32,000 nucleotides of DNA from assembly GCF_000145295.1 (NCBI RefSeq), contig NC_014408.1:690001-722000 (forward strand), written 5' to 3'. Position numbers and translations under genes: made by a program. Source of the stretch: Methanothermobacter marburgensis str. Marburg (GTDB lineage: Archaea > Methanobacteriota > Methanobacteria > Methanobacteriales > Methanothermobacteraceae). The notes beneath the pieces were generated by a model, which was not told where the DNA came from, searched no databases, and was given only the letters and a program-made list of their open reading frames with translations. Positions 1 to 8,364 of the stretch are shown piece by piece; the first letter of the stretch is position 1, and each line of letters opens with the position of its first letter.

Positions 1-46
1 CACTTGTGAGGATAGCCAATGCAACCCGTGACAGGTTCCCTGCCTG

Positions 47-61
47 AAAAAATTAATTTTT
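47..61. terminator. Oligo-A/oligo-T tract, candidate bidirectional archaeal terminator
   Basis: A6 at 47-52 is T6 on the minus strand, 37 nt past the stop of the 89..1264 gene. T5 at 57-61 on the plus strand follows a possible plus-strand ORF end (..LVRIANATRDRFPA*, stop ending at 47). Archaeal termination at oligo-T runs is established knowledge. Confidence 0.3.
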
Positions 62-88
62 ATGGGAAGGTTCTAAAGATGATCTTTT

Positions 89-1264
89 TCAGATCCTCTC
101 GGGTCTGAGTCCCTTCCTTTTGAGGTAACGGTTCCACCTTAAGGCAATGCTGCGGTAGTAGCTGTCCCCTGTTGCTTTCCAGACCCTGTTTGCAAGCTGT
201 ACGTGGAGTCTGTGGTAGCCCTCACTGGCCAGCCATGCCGGCCTGTAGTACCTGCCGCTCACAGCATAATATGTCCACCGCCCACTGTCGAACCTCCAGT
301 TCATCCTCCTGAAGGTTGATACGCCATTTCGGAATAGGTTAAGCGCTCTTGAGTTTCCTGTGTACCTGTGGACGTTGTTGATTCCCAATGTGCAGATTAG
401 GTGGGCGTTGAGGATGTAGTGTTCCCTCAGGAAGTTGTAGTGGAGGTAGAAGTTACCGTATTTCGTGGTTTTCACAAGGTTTGTTGGGGCATAAAAACTG
501 TTTATGAGGGAATTTGAAATGTCAAGGTACTCCCTTTTACCTGTGAGGTTGTATGCCCTGGCGTAATGGCCTGCAAGGTTTCCCTGGGCGAAGCTGTCAA
601 GCCAGCCGGTACCTGAGCCATGGTAGTCAAAGTACATGGGGAATACCGCGTAGCGCATACCCCTGTACGTCCTGAAACTTACTGTGAGTTTCTGCTCATC
701 CAGCACTTCAAGGAAGTCTGTGGTGTTCCTGCAGCCACCTGCAAGGTTGGATGTTGTTACAGGGTAAATGTGCCATCCCCTGTTTTTGTAGTAGACAAAG
801 GGCAGGCTGCTCTTGAACTCCGGGACAGGCATGTTCCTGAACTGGCAGGCCCTGCTGTTGAATACAATCACTATCGTATCTGATGGTGAAAGTTTCCTGG
901 AGTAGTAGGCGTTATTGGCCTGTATAGTCTTGATCTCCATGATCTTCTCATCGCTCCTCAGGGCCCTCTTACTTTTGATGCCTGAGAAGATTTTAACGGC
1001 ATACCCCGCATCTATGTATGCCTGATAGTACCTTCTATCACCTGTTGAGGTGTAACGTGTATAAAGGTGGTTCCTTATCCTCGTGTTATTTTTAACGGCC
1101 CCCTTGAGGAGTTCCTGGTAATTGTCCAGGTAGTATGAGCGGTTAAGGTGGTCAGGTGTCCCGTTGCAGTCTGTGGTGTTATCCACTGCATGGGATGGGT
1201 TGCATGCGAGGATGAAAATTAAGCCAAGGATCACTGGAAAAACCCTTTTCATGAATATTGCCAT
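89..1264 (-). CDS. Secreted D-glucuronyl C5-epimerase-like protein (possible lipoprotein)
   Basis: 391-aa ORF with native codon usage. The N-terminal signal peptide MKRVFPVILGLIFILAC has a lipobox-like ILAC. Motifs GWLDSFAQGNLAGHYARAYNLTGKREYLD, ILNAHL and EGYHRLHVQLANRVWKATGD..RW match my memory of the glucuronyl C5-epimerase C-terminal domain family. This is not verifiable here. Confidence 0.6.
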   Translation of the reverse strand: MAIFMKRVFPVILGLIFILACNPSHAVDNTTDCNGTPDHLNRSYYLDNYQELLKGAVKNNTRIRNHLYTRYTSTGDRRYYQAYIDAGYAVKIFSGIKSKRALRSDEKIMEIKTIQANNAYYSRKLSPSDTIVIVFNSRACQFRNMPVPEFKSSLPFVYYKNRGWHIYPVTTSNLAGGCRNTTDFLEVLDEQKLTVSFRTYRGMRYAVFPMYFDYHGSGTGWLDSFAQGNLAGHYARAYNLTGKREYLDISNSLINSFYAPTNLVKTTKYGNFYLHYNFLREHYILNAHLICTLGINNVHRYTGNSRALNLFRNGVSTFRRMNWRFDSGRWTYYAVSGRYYRPAWLASEGYHRLHVQLANRVWKATGDSYYRSIALRWNRYLKRKGLRPERI

Positions 1265-1284
1265 TTATGGTTTGGTGGGTTTGA

Positions 1285-1336
1285 ATATAAAATAATGTGG
1301 ATTACACATATAACTGTCTCAAAAACTTTTTATAAT
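1285..1336. promoter_or_regulatory. Divergent AT-rich promoter region with TATA-like boxes
   Basis: atataaaa at 1285-1292 reads TTTTATAT on the minus strand, about 25 nt upstream of the ATGs at 1264/1252. TTTTATAATA at 1327-1336 on the plus strand lies upstream of the GT2 gene. The archaeal TATA consensus is about TTTATATA, centred near -26. Confidence 0.3.
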
Positions 1337-1446
1337 AGAAAAGTCCATATTATAGAAAAATTATTCACACTTGTAATTATGGTGTTGCAATGTTGATATC
1401 AGTATTACCACCATGTGGGGTGTCCTAACTGGATGATGTAACCTTC

Positions 1447-2106
1447 ATGATACCGGCCTACAATGAGGAGGAGTCCATAGGGGCACTTCTTGACAGGATA
1501 ATGATGCTCTATCCTGACGCCGAGATCATCGTTGTTGATAATAACTCCTCTGACAGGACCGCTGAGATTGCAGCATCACGTGGTGTCAGGGTCATCTTTG
1601 AAGGGAGGCAGGGGAAGACAAATGCCATGCTCGCAGCCTTCATGAATGTGAGGACGGAGTATGCCATCATGATGGACGCCGACTGCACCTACCCACCCGA
1701 GGACTCGGCGCACCTGATAGATGTGCTCAAGGGCAGGGGGGCTGATGTGGTCCTCGGTTCAAGGCTGAAGGGGGACGTGGAGGATGGTGCAATATCCCGC
1801 CTCAACAGGATCGGGAACCGTATACTGAGCCTCACCGCCACAATCCTGTACCATCCCGTGAGTGATGTCTGCACGGGGCACTGGGCCTTCAGGAGGAGGG
1901 CGATAGATTACCTCGTGGATGTGGGGCTGAGGTATCCTGGATTCGAACTGGAGGCTGAGATGTTCTCAAAACTTGCAAGGTCAGACCTGAGGATAGTTGA
2001 GGTCCCCATCTCCTACAGAAGGAGGTCCGATGAACCCAAGCTTTCATCACTGAGTGACGGCTTCAAAATCTTCAGGACGCTTTTGATGGGCAGATTAAAA
2101 GGGTGA
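1447..2106 (+). CDS. GT2 glycosyltransferase (dolichyl-phosphate sugar synthase-like), N-terminally short
   Basis: 219-aa ORF containing IPAYNEEESIG, IIVVDNNSSDRT and the DxD-type MDADCTY motif. The ORF starts inside the first beta-strand motif; an in-frame TAA lies 6 codons upstream (see finding). Confidence 0.8.
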   Translation: MIPAYNEEESIGALLDRIMMLYPDAEIIVVDNNSSDRTAEIAASRGVRVIFEGRQGKTNAMLAAFMNVRTEYAIMMDADCTYPPEDSAHLIDVLKGRGADVVLGSRLKGDVEDGAISRLNRIGNRILSLTATILYHPVSDVCTGHWAFRRRAIDYLVDVGLRYPGFELEAEMFSKLARSDLRIVEVPISYRRRSDEPKLSSLSDGFKIFRTLLMGRLKG

Positions 2107-2110
2107 TGAC

Positions 2111-3124
2111 TTGGATTTAAACAAAAAGGCCAGTGTAATAATTGTTACCTATAACCACCGTGAATATATAGAAAACTGTGTTAAATCTGTCCTCTCAAAT
2201 AACCCATTAGAGATTATTGTGGTTGATAATGGATCAACAGATGGAACTCTTGAAATTTTGGAAAACATGAGTGAAGTCAGGGTGGTCACTGGTCATGGAA
2301 ATGTGGGGTATGGTGCGGGTAACAATATTGGTGTAAGGGTGGCAAGGGGAGAGTATGTTGTTATTCTGAATCCAGATACTATTGTGGAAGAGGACTGGCT
2401 ATTTAATCTTATAGCTCCCCTTGTTAATTGCAAGAAACTGGTAACTACCCCCAAAGTTCTTCTTTATGATGGCTCAAGGATAAACAGTTGTGGACTTATA
2501 GTTCATTTCACGGGATTAGGTTTCACAAGAGGATTCAAAGATAATCCTGCCGTTTTTGATGCCCCTGAATATTTAAATGGAGTTTTTGGATGTTGTTTCG
2601 CAATGAGAAAGAGGGAATTTATAGAATTAGGCGGATTTGATGAGAGTATATTAGTATATGGTGAGGACACAGAGTTTTCGTGGAGAATAATGGTAAATGG
2701 GTTTAAAATATTATTTGTTCCAAATTCTGTGGTAAAACATGATTATGTGTTGGAAGTTCCGCCAAGAAAGATATACCATCTGGAAAAGGCCAGATATATT
2801 ATATTAAAAAAATATTTCTCCTTAAAGGATTTGTTCATGATTCTTCCTTCTTTATTACTGGTTGAATTCTTAACCTTTGGCTATTCTATTAAATTTGGAC
2901 TAAGAGGCCTTGAATATAAATTAATGGCTCTTAGAAATGCTTTAGTTATTAAAACTGATGATTATAATTGTAAAAATAATTTGTTTTTGACCTTTGACTC
3001 TGTTATTCCCGTTGACCAGCTTACAAGCAATTATGTGGAAAAAATCATTAAAATTGGTTTTAATAAAATTTTTCAATTGAACTTAGCTTTAGCACGGAGA
3101 ATTAGGAATTTTGGAGGAATTTAG
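2111..3124 (+). CDS. GT2 glycosyltransferase (rhamnosyl/WbbL-like); first gene of the AT-rich island
   Basis: 337-aa ORF with a TTG start 4 nt after the previous stop. Motifs: SVIIVTYNHREYIENCV, VVDNGSTDGT, ILNPDT and GCCFAMRKREF..GGFDE..YGEDTEFSWR. Composition becomes strongly AT-rich from its first codon. Confidence 0.8.
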   Translation: MDLNKKASVIIVTYNHREYIENCVKSVLSNNPLEIIVVDNGSTDGTLEILENMSEVRVVTGHGNVGYGAGNNIGVRVARGEYVVILNPDTIVEEDWLFNLIAPLVNCKKLVTTPKVLLYDGSRINSCGLIVHFTGLGFTRGFKDNPAVFDAPEYLNGVFGCCFAMRKREFIELGGFDESILVYGEDTEFSWRIMVNGFKILFVPNSVVKHDYVLEVPPRKIYHLEKARYIILKKYFSLKDLFMILPSLLLVEFLTFGYSIKFGLRGLEYKLMALRNALVIKTDDYNCKNNLFLTFDSVIPVDQLTSNYVEKIIKIGFNKIFQLNLALARRIRNFGGI

Positions 3125-4293
3125 TGAAGATATTGAATCTTTCTCCTTATTGGGTGTATCCGGCAAATACTGGCGGATCTCTAAGGATCTATAATTTAAA
3201 TAAGGAGATTTCAAGGGTATTTGAAATCACACAGCATTCTTTTAGACCAAGAATTAGCTCAGGTTATATCTTTAGGAGTAGGACTATAAAGATTAATGAC
3301 AATTATTTTGAACACCAACATTCAAATAAAATGATGTTGGCTAGTTCATTTCTTTTATATAAACTACATCTTCCTCCTGATGTTTTACAGTCGAAGATTT
3401 TGAGTATAAATAAATTTTTCTTAAATAAAAAATTTTTAAGAGGAGACATAATTCAAATAGAACATCCATGGTTATTTGAATTTGCCCGTAATTATTTTAA
3501 AGACAAACCACTGGTATTTGTTGCTCACAATGTAGAAACTAGGCTTATAAGTGATTTAATTTTTAAAAGGGCTCCTTTTTTCAAGAGATTAATCCCTAAA
3601 TTTCAAGAAATTGAAATAAAGGCGGCTAGAGAATGTGAACTTATTTTTACAGTTTCTAAATTAGACTTAGAATTCTTTAGAAAATATAAAATAGAAAAAA
3701 GGAAAATGCATGTCATTCCTAATGGTGTGGATTGTGGTAAATATGAAATAACAGAGTCACATGAAAAAAATTTATACAAAAGAAAATTAGGATTTCCCCT
3801 CAAAAAAATTGTTTTGTTTGTAGGAAGTGATCATTACCCTAATCGAGAAGCAGTAAAGTTCATAAAGAAATTTGCAGAAGACAATAAAGATTTGTTATTT
3901 TTAGTTGTTGGTGAAGTAGGCAGAAACCTGCAAAGTAATCATAACATTATATTTACGGGACCTGTAAAGAATTTGATGCCCTACCTCAAGGCTTCTGATA
4001 TTGCAATTAATCCTCTTTTGTCGGGTAGCGGTACAAATTTAAAAATGTTGGAATATTTAGCTTCTGGTTTGCCTACAATAACAACGGAAATTGGTAATAG
4101 AGGATTCAATTTTAAACATGATAAAGAGGTTATAGTTTCTGAAATAGATCAATTTACAGATTATTTGAACCAACTCAAGGACGAAACCTCAATTTGTGAG
4201 AATCTCATCATTAACGGCAGAAAAAAAGTAGAAAAAGAATATGACTGGAAAGTTATAGCCCAAAAAGCAGTGAAATGTTACAATAAACTGTAG
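3124..4293 (+). CDS. GT4 (GT-B fold) glycosyltransferase
   Basis: 389-aa ORF whose GTG start overlaps the previous stop by 1 nt. The C-terminal domain carries LFVGSDHYPNREAV and GTNLKMLEYLASGLPTITTEIGNRGF, typical of Glycos_transf_1. Confidence 0.8.
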   Translation: MKILNLSPYWVYPANTGGSLRIYNLNKEISRVFEITQHSFRPRISSGYIFRSRTIKINDNYFEHQHSNKMMLASSFLLYKLHLPPDVLQSKILSINKFFLNKKFLRGDIIQIEHPWLFEFARNYFKDKPLVFVAHNVETRLISDLIFKRAPFFKRLIPKFQEIEIKAARECELIFTVSKLDLEFFRKYKIEKRKMHVIPNGVDCGKYEITESHEKNLYKRKLGFPLKKIVLFVGSDHYPNREAVKFIKKFAEDNKDLLFLVVGEVGRNLQSNHNIIFTGPVKNLMPYLKASDIAINPLLSGSGTNLKMLEYLASGLPTITTEIGNRGFNFKHDKEVIVSEIDQFTDYLNQLKDETSICENLIINGRKKVEKEYDWKVIAQKAVKCYNKL

Positions 4294-4308
4294 GGGAGGT
4301 GATCTGTT

Positions 4309-5307
4309 TTGAAAATTTGTATTATAGGGGATATCAAAGGCAATAAAGATGAAGGTATGAGAAATATAGCTTATAACATATATTATGGTTTAATAAAGAA
4401 GGGACACGATATCATAGTTTTAAATCCTAAAAGCGCGTTTTATTTGTCTTTTTGGATTGAAATTAAAAATTTTAAGCCTGATATAATACACTATATTGCA
4501 GGCCCTACTATTTTAAGTTTTATCATTTCAAAGGCTCTTAAAATCTTTTTTAAGAATACTAAGGTTATCATTTCGATGATTCACCCAAAATTTTTATTTT
4601 CAAGGCATTTAGTTTCATTTTTGAAGCCTGATATGATGTTAGTTCAATCTTATAAGACGGAAAAATTTTGTAAAGAATTAAAGTGTGATTATTCTTTTTT
4701 GCCTAATGGGGTGGATCACCAAAGATTTAAACCGTTTAAAAAAACTCAAAAAGAAAAAATTAGAAGTAAATATAATATTCCGAATGAAAAATTTGTAGTT
4801 TTACATGTTGGCAATTTTCGAGAAGGTAGGAATTTAGCAATTCTGAAGGAATTGATGCAGGAAGATACAGAGGTACTAATTGTAGGTAGTACTACTATAA
4901 AAAAGGAGATGAAAGCTTATAATGAATTGAAGAAACTTGGGTTTAAAATAATAGATGAATATATTCATAATATAGAAGAGATATATGGTCTTGCTGATTG
5001 CTATGTTTTTCCAACCTTTAGTGAAAATTATTGTGTAGAAATGCCACTCTCTGTTATGGAAGCAATGTCTTGTAATCTACCTGTGATAACGACAAGATTT
5101 AGAGCTCTTCCAAGAATTTTTGAAGAGGGTGATGGCTTATTTTTTGTAGATAATGAAGATGAGATATTTGAAAAGATAGAAGAATTAAAATCAAATGATA
5201 AATTAAAGGTAGAAACACGTAAAAAGGTTTTAAAATATTCTTGGACAAATGTGGTTAATCAATTAACAGCAATTTATTCGAGGGTAAATGATGAATCCCA
5301 AAATTGA
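4309..5307 (+). CDS. GT4 (GT-B fold) glycosyltransferase
   Basis: 332-aa ORF with a TTG start. Motifs: VLHVGNFREGRNL, YGLADCYVFPTFSENYCVEMPLSVMEAMSCNLPVITT. Confidence 0.75.
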   Translation: MKICIIGDIKGNKDEGMRNIAYNIYYGLIKKGHDIIVLNPKSAFYLSFWIEIKNFKPDIIHYIAGPTILSFIISKALKIFFKNTKVIISMIHPKFLFSRHLVSFLKPDMMLVQSYKTEKFCKELKCDYSFLPNGVDHQRFKPFKKTQKEKIRSKYNIPNEKFVVLHVGNFREGRNLAILKELMQEDTEVLIVGSTTIKKEMKAYNELKKLGFKIIDEYIHNIEEIYGLADCYVFPTFSENYCVEMPLSVMEAMSCNLPVITTRFRALPRIFEEGDGLFFVDNEDEIFEKIEELKSNDKLKVETRKKVLKYSWTNVVNQLTAIYSRVNDESQN

Positions 5308-6235
5308 ACATGTATTTGTCTGTCCTGATTGTAAAATAAGGTTAATAAAATCACAAAGATGTTTTAAATGTCCAAAATGTGATTATGAATATACGATAAT
5401 TAATAAAATACCTGTTATAATAAAAGAGAGTTCTTTAGATCCTTTTAAAAAAGGCGAAAGTGAGTTTCATACACTAATAGCCAAAAATGCAGATGATGCA
5501 CATGCTTTAGATTCCTTGAGAGTTAAATATCTCCACGACGATTTTCTAAATCATATAAGGTCATTACCACAATCATCAACAATTTTGGATGCATGTTGTG
5601 GTTCTGGTGAAGATATCCTAGCTTTATCGAAGGAAAATTATAGGGTTTTCGGTGTAGACATATCTTATGGAATGATAGAGGTAACCTACAACAAACTTAT
5701 AAAACACGGAATTAATCCCAGATTAGCCGTTGCTGATGTGGAAAATCTTCCTTTCAAGTCGGATTTTTTTGATGTAATTTACATTTGTGGAGCATTACAC
5801 CATACAAATCCTAAAAAGACTCTACTAGAATTTAAAAGATGTTTAAAAAAAGAGGGTATCATAGTGGTAGGTTCTGAGCCGAATTCTTGGCAATATAAGT
5901 TTAAGAGCTTAAAAAAATCAAAACTGGGCATGAGAATCATTAAAATTTTCAGAAATGATTATACTGTTGATAAGAATTCTCCTGGAGATGAAAAAACAAA
6001 AGGTTTTAGTAAGGAATATTTTGAAAGTATTTCTGATGAATTAGATCTTGAGATTATTTCAATTAAACCTATCTGGTTTTTCAATGGATTTTTAAGTCTT
6101 CTAAAACTCAGACCTCCAAAAAAAATTGAAAAAGGTTTTATATTAATAGATAAAATTTTGAGTAAGACACCTCTCATAAATAAATATGCTTGGAAATGGA
6201 ATTTAGTACTTAAACTGAGGTCTGAAAGTGAATAA
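5288..6235 (+). CDS. Class I SAM-dependent methyltransferase with N-terminal Trm112-like zinc ribbon
   Basis: 315-aa ORF. CPDC..17..CPKC forms a zinc ribbon. SAM motif I is ILDACCGSGEDIL, followed by post-I VFGVDIS and DVIYICGALHH. It overlaps the upstream gene by 20 nt. Confidence 0.8.
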   Translation: MMNPKIEHVFVCPDCKIRLIKSQRCFKCPKCDYEYTIINKIPVIIKESSLDPFKKGESEFHTLIAKNADDAHALDSLRVKYLHDDFLNHIRSLPQSSTILDACCGSGEDILALSKENYRVFGVDISYGMIEVTYNKLIKHGINPRLAVADVENLPFKSDFFDVIYICGALHHTNPKKTLLEFKRCLKKEGIIVVGSEPNSWQYKFKSLKKSKLGMRIIKIFRNDYTVDKNSPGDEKTKGFSKEYFESISDELDLEIISIKPIWFFNGFLSLLKLRPPKKIEKGFILIDKILSKTPLINKYAWKWNLVLKLRSESE

Positions 6236-6872
6236 GGGTAAATTAGTATGTTTAATGGGTATAGATGGATCAGGTAAAACAACGATAGCAAGGTTATTTA
6301 AAGAAAGGCTACAAGAGATGAATAGAATCAAGGTAGAGTACGTTTGGTGTAAATTTGGTTATTACAGTCCATTATTGCGAAAATTATTTTGTTTTATAGG
6401 GATTATAGGCAAACCCGATAAACTAAGAGGGTTGAATTCGATCTCGGGCAATAATTTTAAAAATAAAATTGTTTACAATTTATATTTGTATTTCTTATTA
6501 ATGACGCATTATTTGACCATATTAAATGTTAGAATTTCTCTTTCGTTGGGAAAGACTGTAATTTGTGATCGATATCTTCCAGATACCCTCGTAGATTTAG
6601 TCTTGGAGTTTAATCAGACCTATGAAGATGCAAACAAGTTGTTAAAAAAGTTATATTTCACGCCAAAGCCAGATTTACTTTTTTATATTAGACTTCCATC
6701 AAAAATCGCTTATGAAAGAAAAAAAGAGAACTCCCTGGACTATTTAAATAGAAAAGTTAAGATTTATGACATTTACTCTTCTAAAAATGAAGTTGTGGTT
6801 TTAGATGGCACAAAAAATCCAAATGAACTTTTAAACGAAATTCAATTTTATTTTATCAACAAAAGTGGTTAA
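6228..6872 (+). CDS. Thymidylate-kinase-like P-loop kinase
   Basis: 214-aa ORF with the P-loop LMGIDGSGKTTIA (the GxDGxGKTT form typical of the Tmk family) and CDRYLPDT (a DRY motif). It overlaps both neighbours by 8 nt. Confidence 0.65.
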   Translation: MNKGKLVCLMGIDGSGKTTIARLFKERLQEMNRIKVEYVWCKFGYYSPLLRKLFCFIGIIGKPDKLRGLNSISGNNFKNKIVYNLYLYFLLMTHYLTILNVRISLSLGKTVICDRYLPDTLVDLVLEFNQTYEDANKLLKKLYFTPKPDLLFYIRLPSKIAYERKKENSLDYLNRKVKIYDIYSSKNEVVVLDGTKNPNELLNEIQFYFINKSG

Positions 6873-8363
6873 AATGGGTAAGGTACTTATAATTGGTATA
6901 GATGGTATGGATTCCGAATTAATTTCTAAATTTGAAGAGGATCTACCCACAATTTGTAAATTAAAAGATGATGGAATATACCTTAATCCAAAAACGATTT
7001 TTCCGCCAGACTCAGATACGTCTTGGGCCAGCATATATACAGGATTAAATCCAGCAAAACATGGTATAGTACATTTCGTAGATGCTCTTGAAAAATCACA
7101 TAAATATTTGTCAGAGGAAATTGATAACAAGACTATACGTGGGAAAACATTCTGGGATATTGCAGGAGACCATGGAAAGAAAGTATGTATTCTTTTACCT
7201 CATGTGGGGTATCCTGTGTGGCCCGTGAATGGTATTATGGTTGGAAGATCGTCTTTAAAGGACGAAATAATGACTTATCCAGATGGGTTATTTAATGAAC
7301 ATGATTTATCTCAGTTAAATACCATAAAAAAGTTTCCAGGAAGGAAAAAGTTTTCAGAAGAATATATAAATAAACACATTGAACTTGTTGAAAATTCTAT
7401 GAGATTTGGGCTTGAAATCTATAAGAAAGAGAATTGGGATCTTTTTTTATATATTCATCAACACTGGATGTTGTACCTCATTTCTTTTGGAATTGTTGTG
7501 ATGAAAATGATCCCACATATTTAGGTGATAATCCATATAAAAATTTGATTAGAGATCTTTATGTGCTTCATGATAAATTTATAAGTGAATTTGTTTCACT
7601 GGCGGATTCGGATACTACTATTATAATTCATAGTGATCATGGACATGGAATGCGTCCTATTAAAATGTTAAATGTAAACAAGATTTTAAGAGAAATGGGT
7701 CTTTTGTTTGAAAAAAAGGAGAACAAAGCTCAATTTTTACATTTTTTAGACAAAATAAAATTTAAAGCGCTGGATTTCATAGGCAAAAATGACTTAGAAA
7801 ATATAGCGGCGAAATTGATTCAATTATTTCCTTTTTTTAGGAAAATTTATACTTCTCCGCCTTCTATAGATTGGAATAAAACTATTGCATACACATGTGA
7901 TCTCTCAGGAATTAAGGCATATTCTTATGGTGGAATCCAATTAAATCAAAAAAACATACTTGACGAGACACATCATGAAAAAATTTGTAAAAAGATAATA
8001 TCAGAGCTCATGAACGTTAAAGATCCTGTCAGTGGTCAAAAGATTGTTAAATGGGCTTGTATGAAAGAGGATGTTTATGAAGGGGAATTTTTAGAGGATT
8101 ATCCGGATATATTATTCTTATTAGATGAGAACTATGGTGCAGGCTGGGAAATTCACGGACCTCTTTTTGGTGAATCTCCTTCCCATAATATAAATCCTGG
8201 TAGCCATAAAACTGAATCTGCAGTGTTTATTATGTATAATTATAATAAGACTATAAAAAAGAAGGATTTATCATTACTGGACATCGCACCAACGGTTTTA
8301 GATATCTTGGAGGTTAAAGGGAATTTTGAATTTGATGGTAAAAGTATTTTTGAGAGGGAATAA
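6865..8363 (+). pseudogene. Alkaline-phosphatase-superfamily phosphodiesterase/nucleotide pyrophosphatase-like gene, split by a -1 frame change at a T7 run
   Basis: ORFs 6865..7524 (VLIIGIDGMDSEL..PPDSDTSWASIYTGLNP) and 7434..8363 (SSTLDVVPHFFW.., IIIHSDHGHGM) are the N and C halves of one AlkP-type fold. The frames switch at cTTTTTTTa (7442-7448). One extra T would fuse them as ..NWDLFFIYSSTLD... Confidence 0.65.
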
Positions 8364-8364
8364 G

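Noticed and set aside
1426-1428. Recoding (Sec/Pyl-type read-through) of the in-frame stop upstream of the GT2 gene.
   Set aside because: The codon is TAA. Known archaeal recoding uses TGA (Sec) or TAG (Pyl, not in Methanobacteriales). A nonsense mutation with downstream initiation is more parsimonious.
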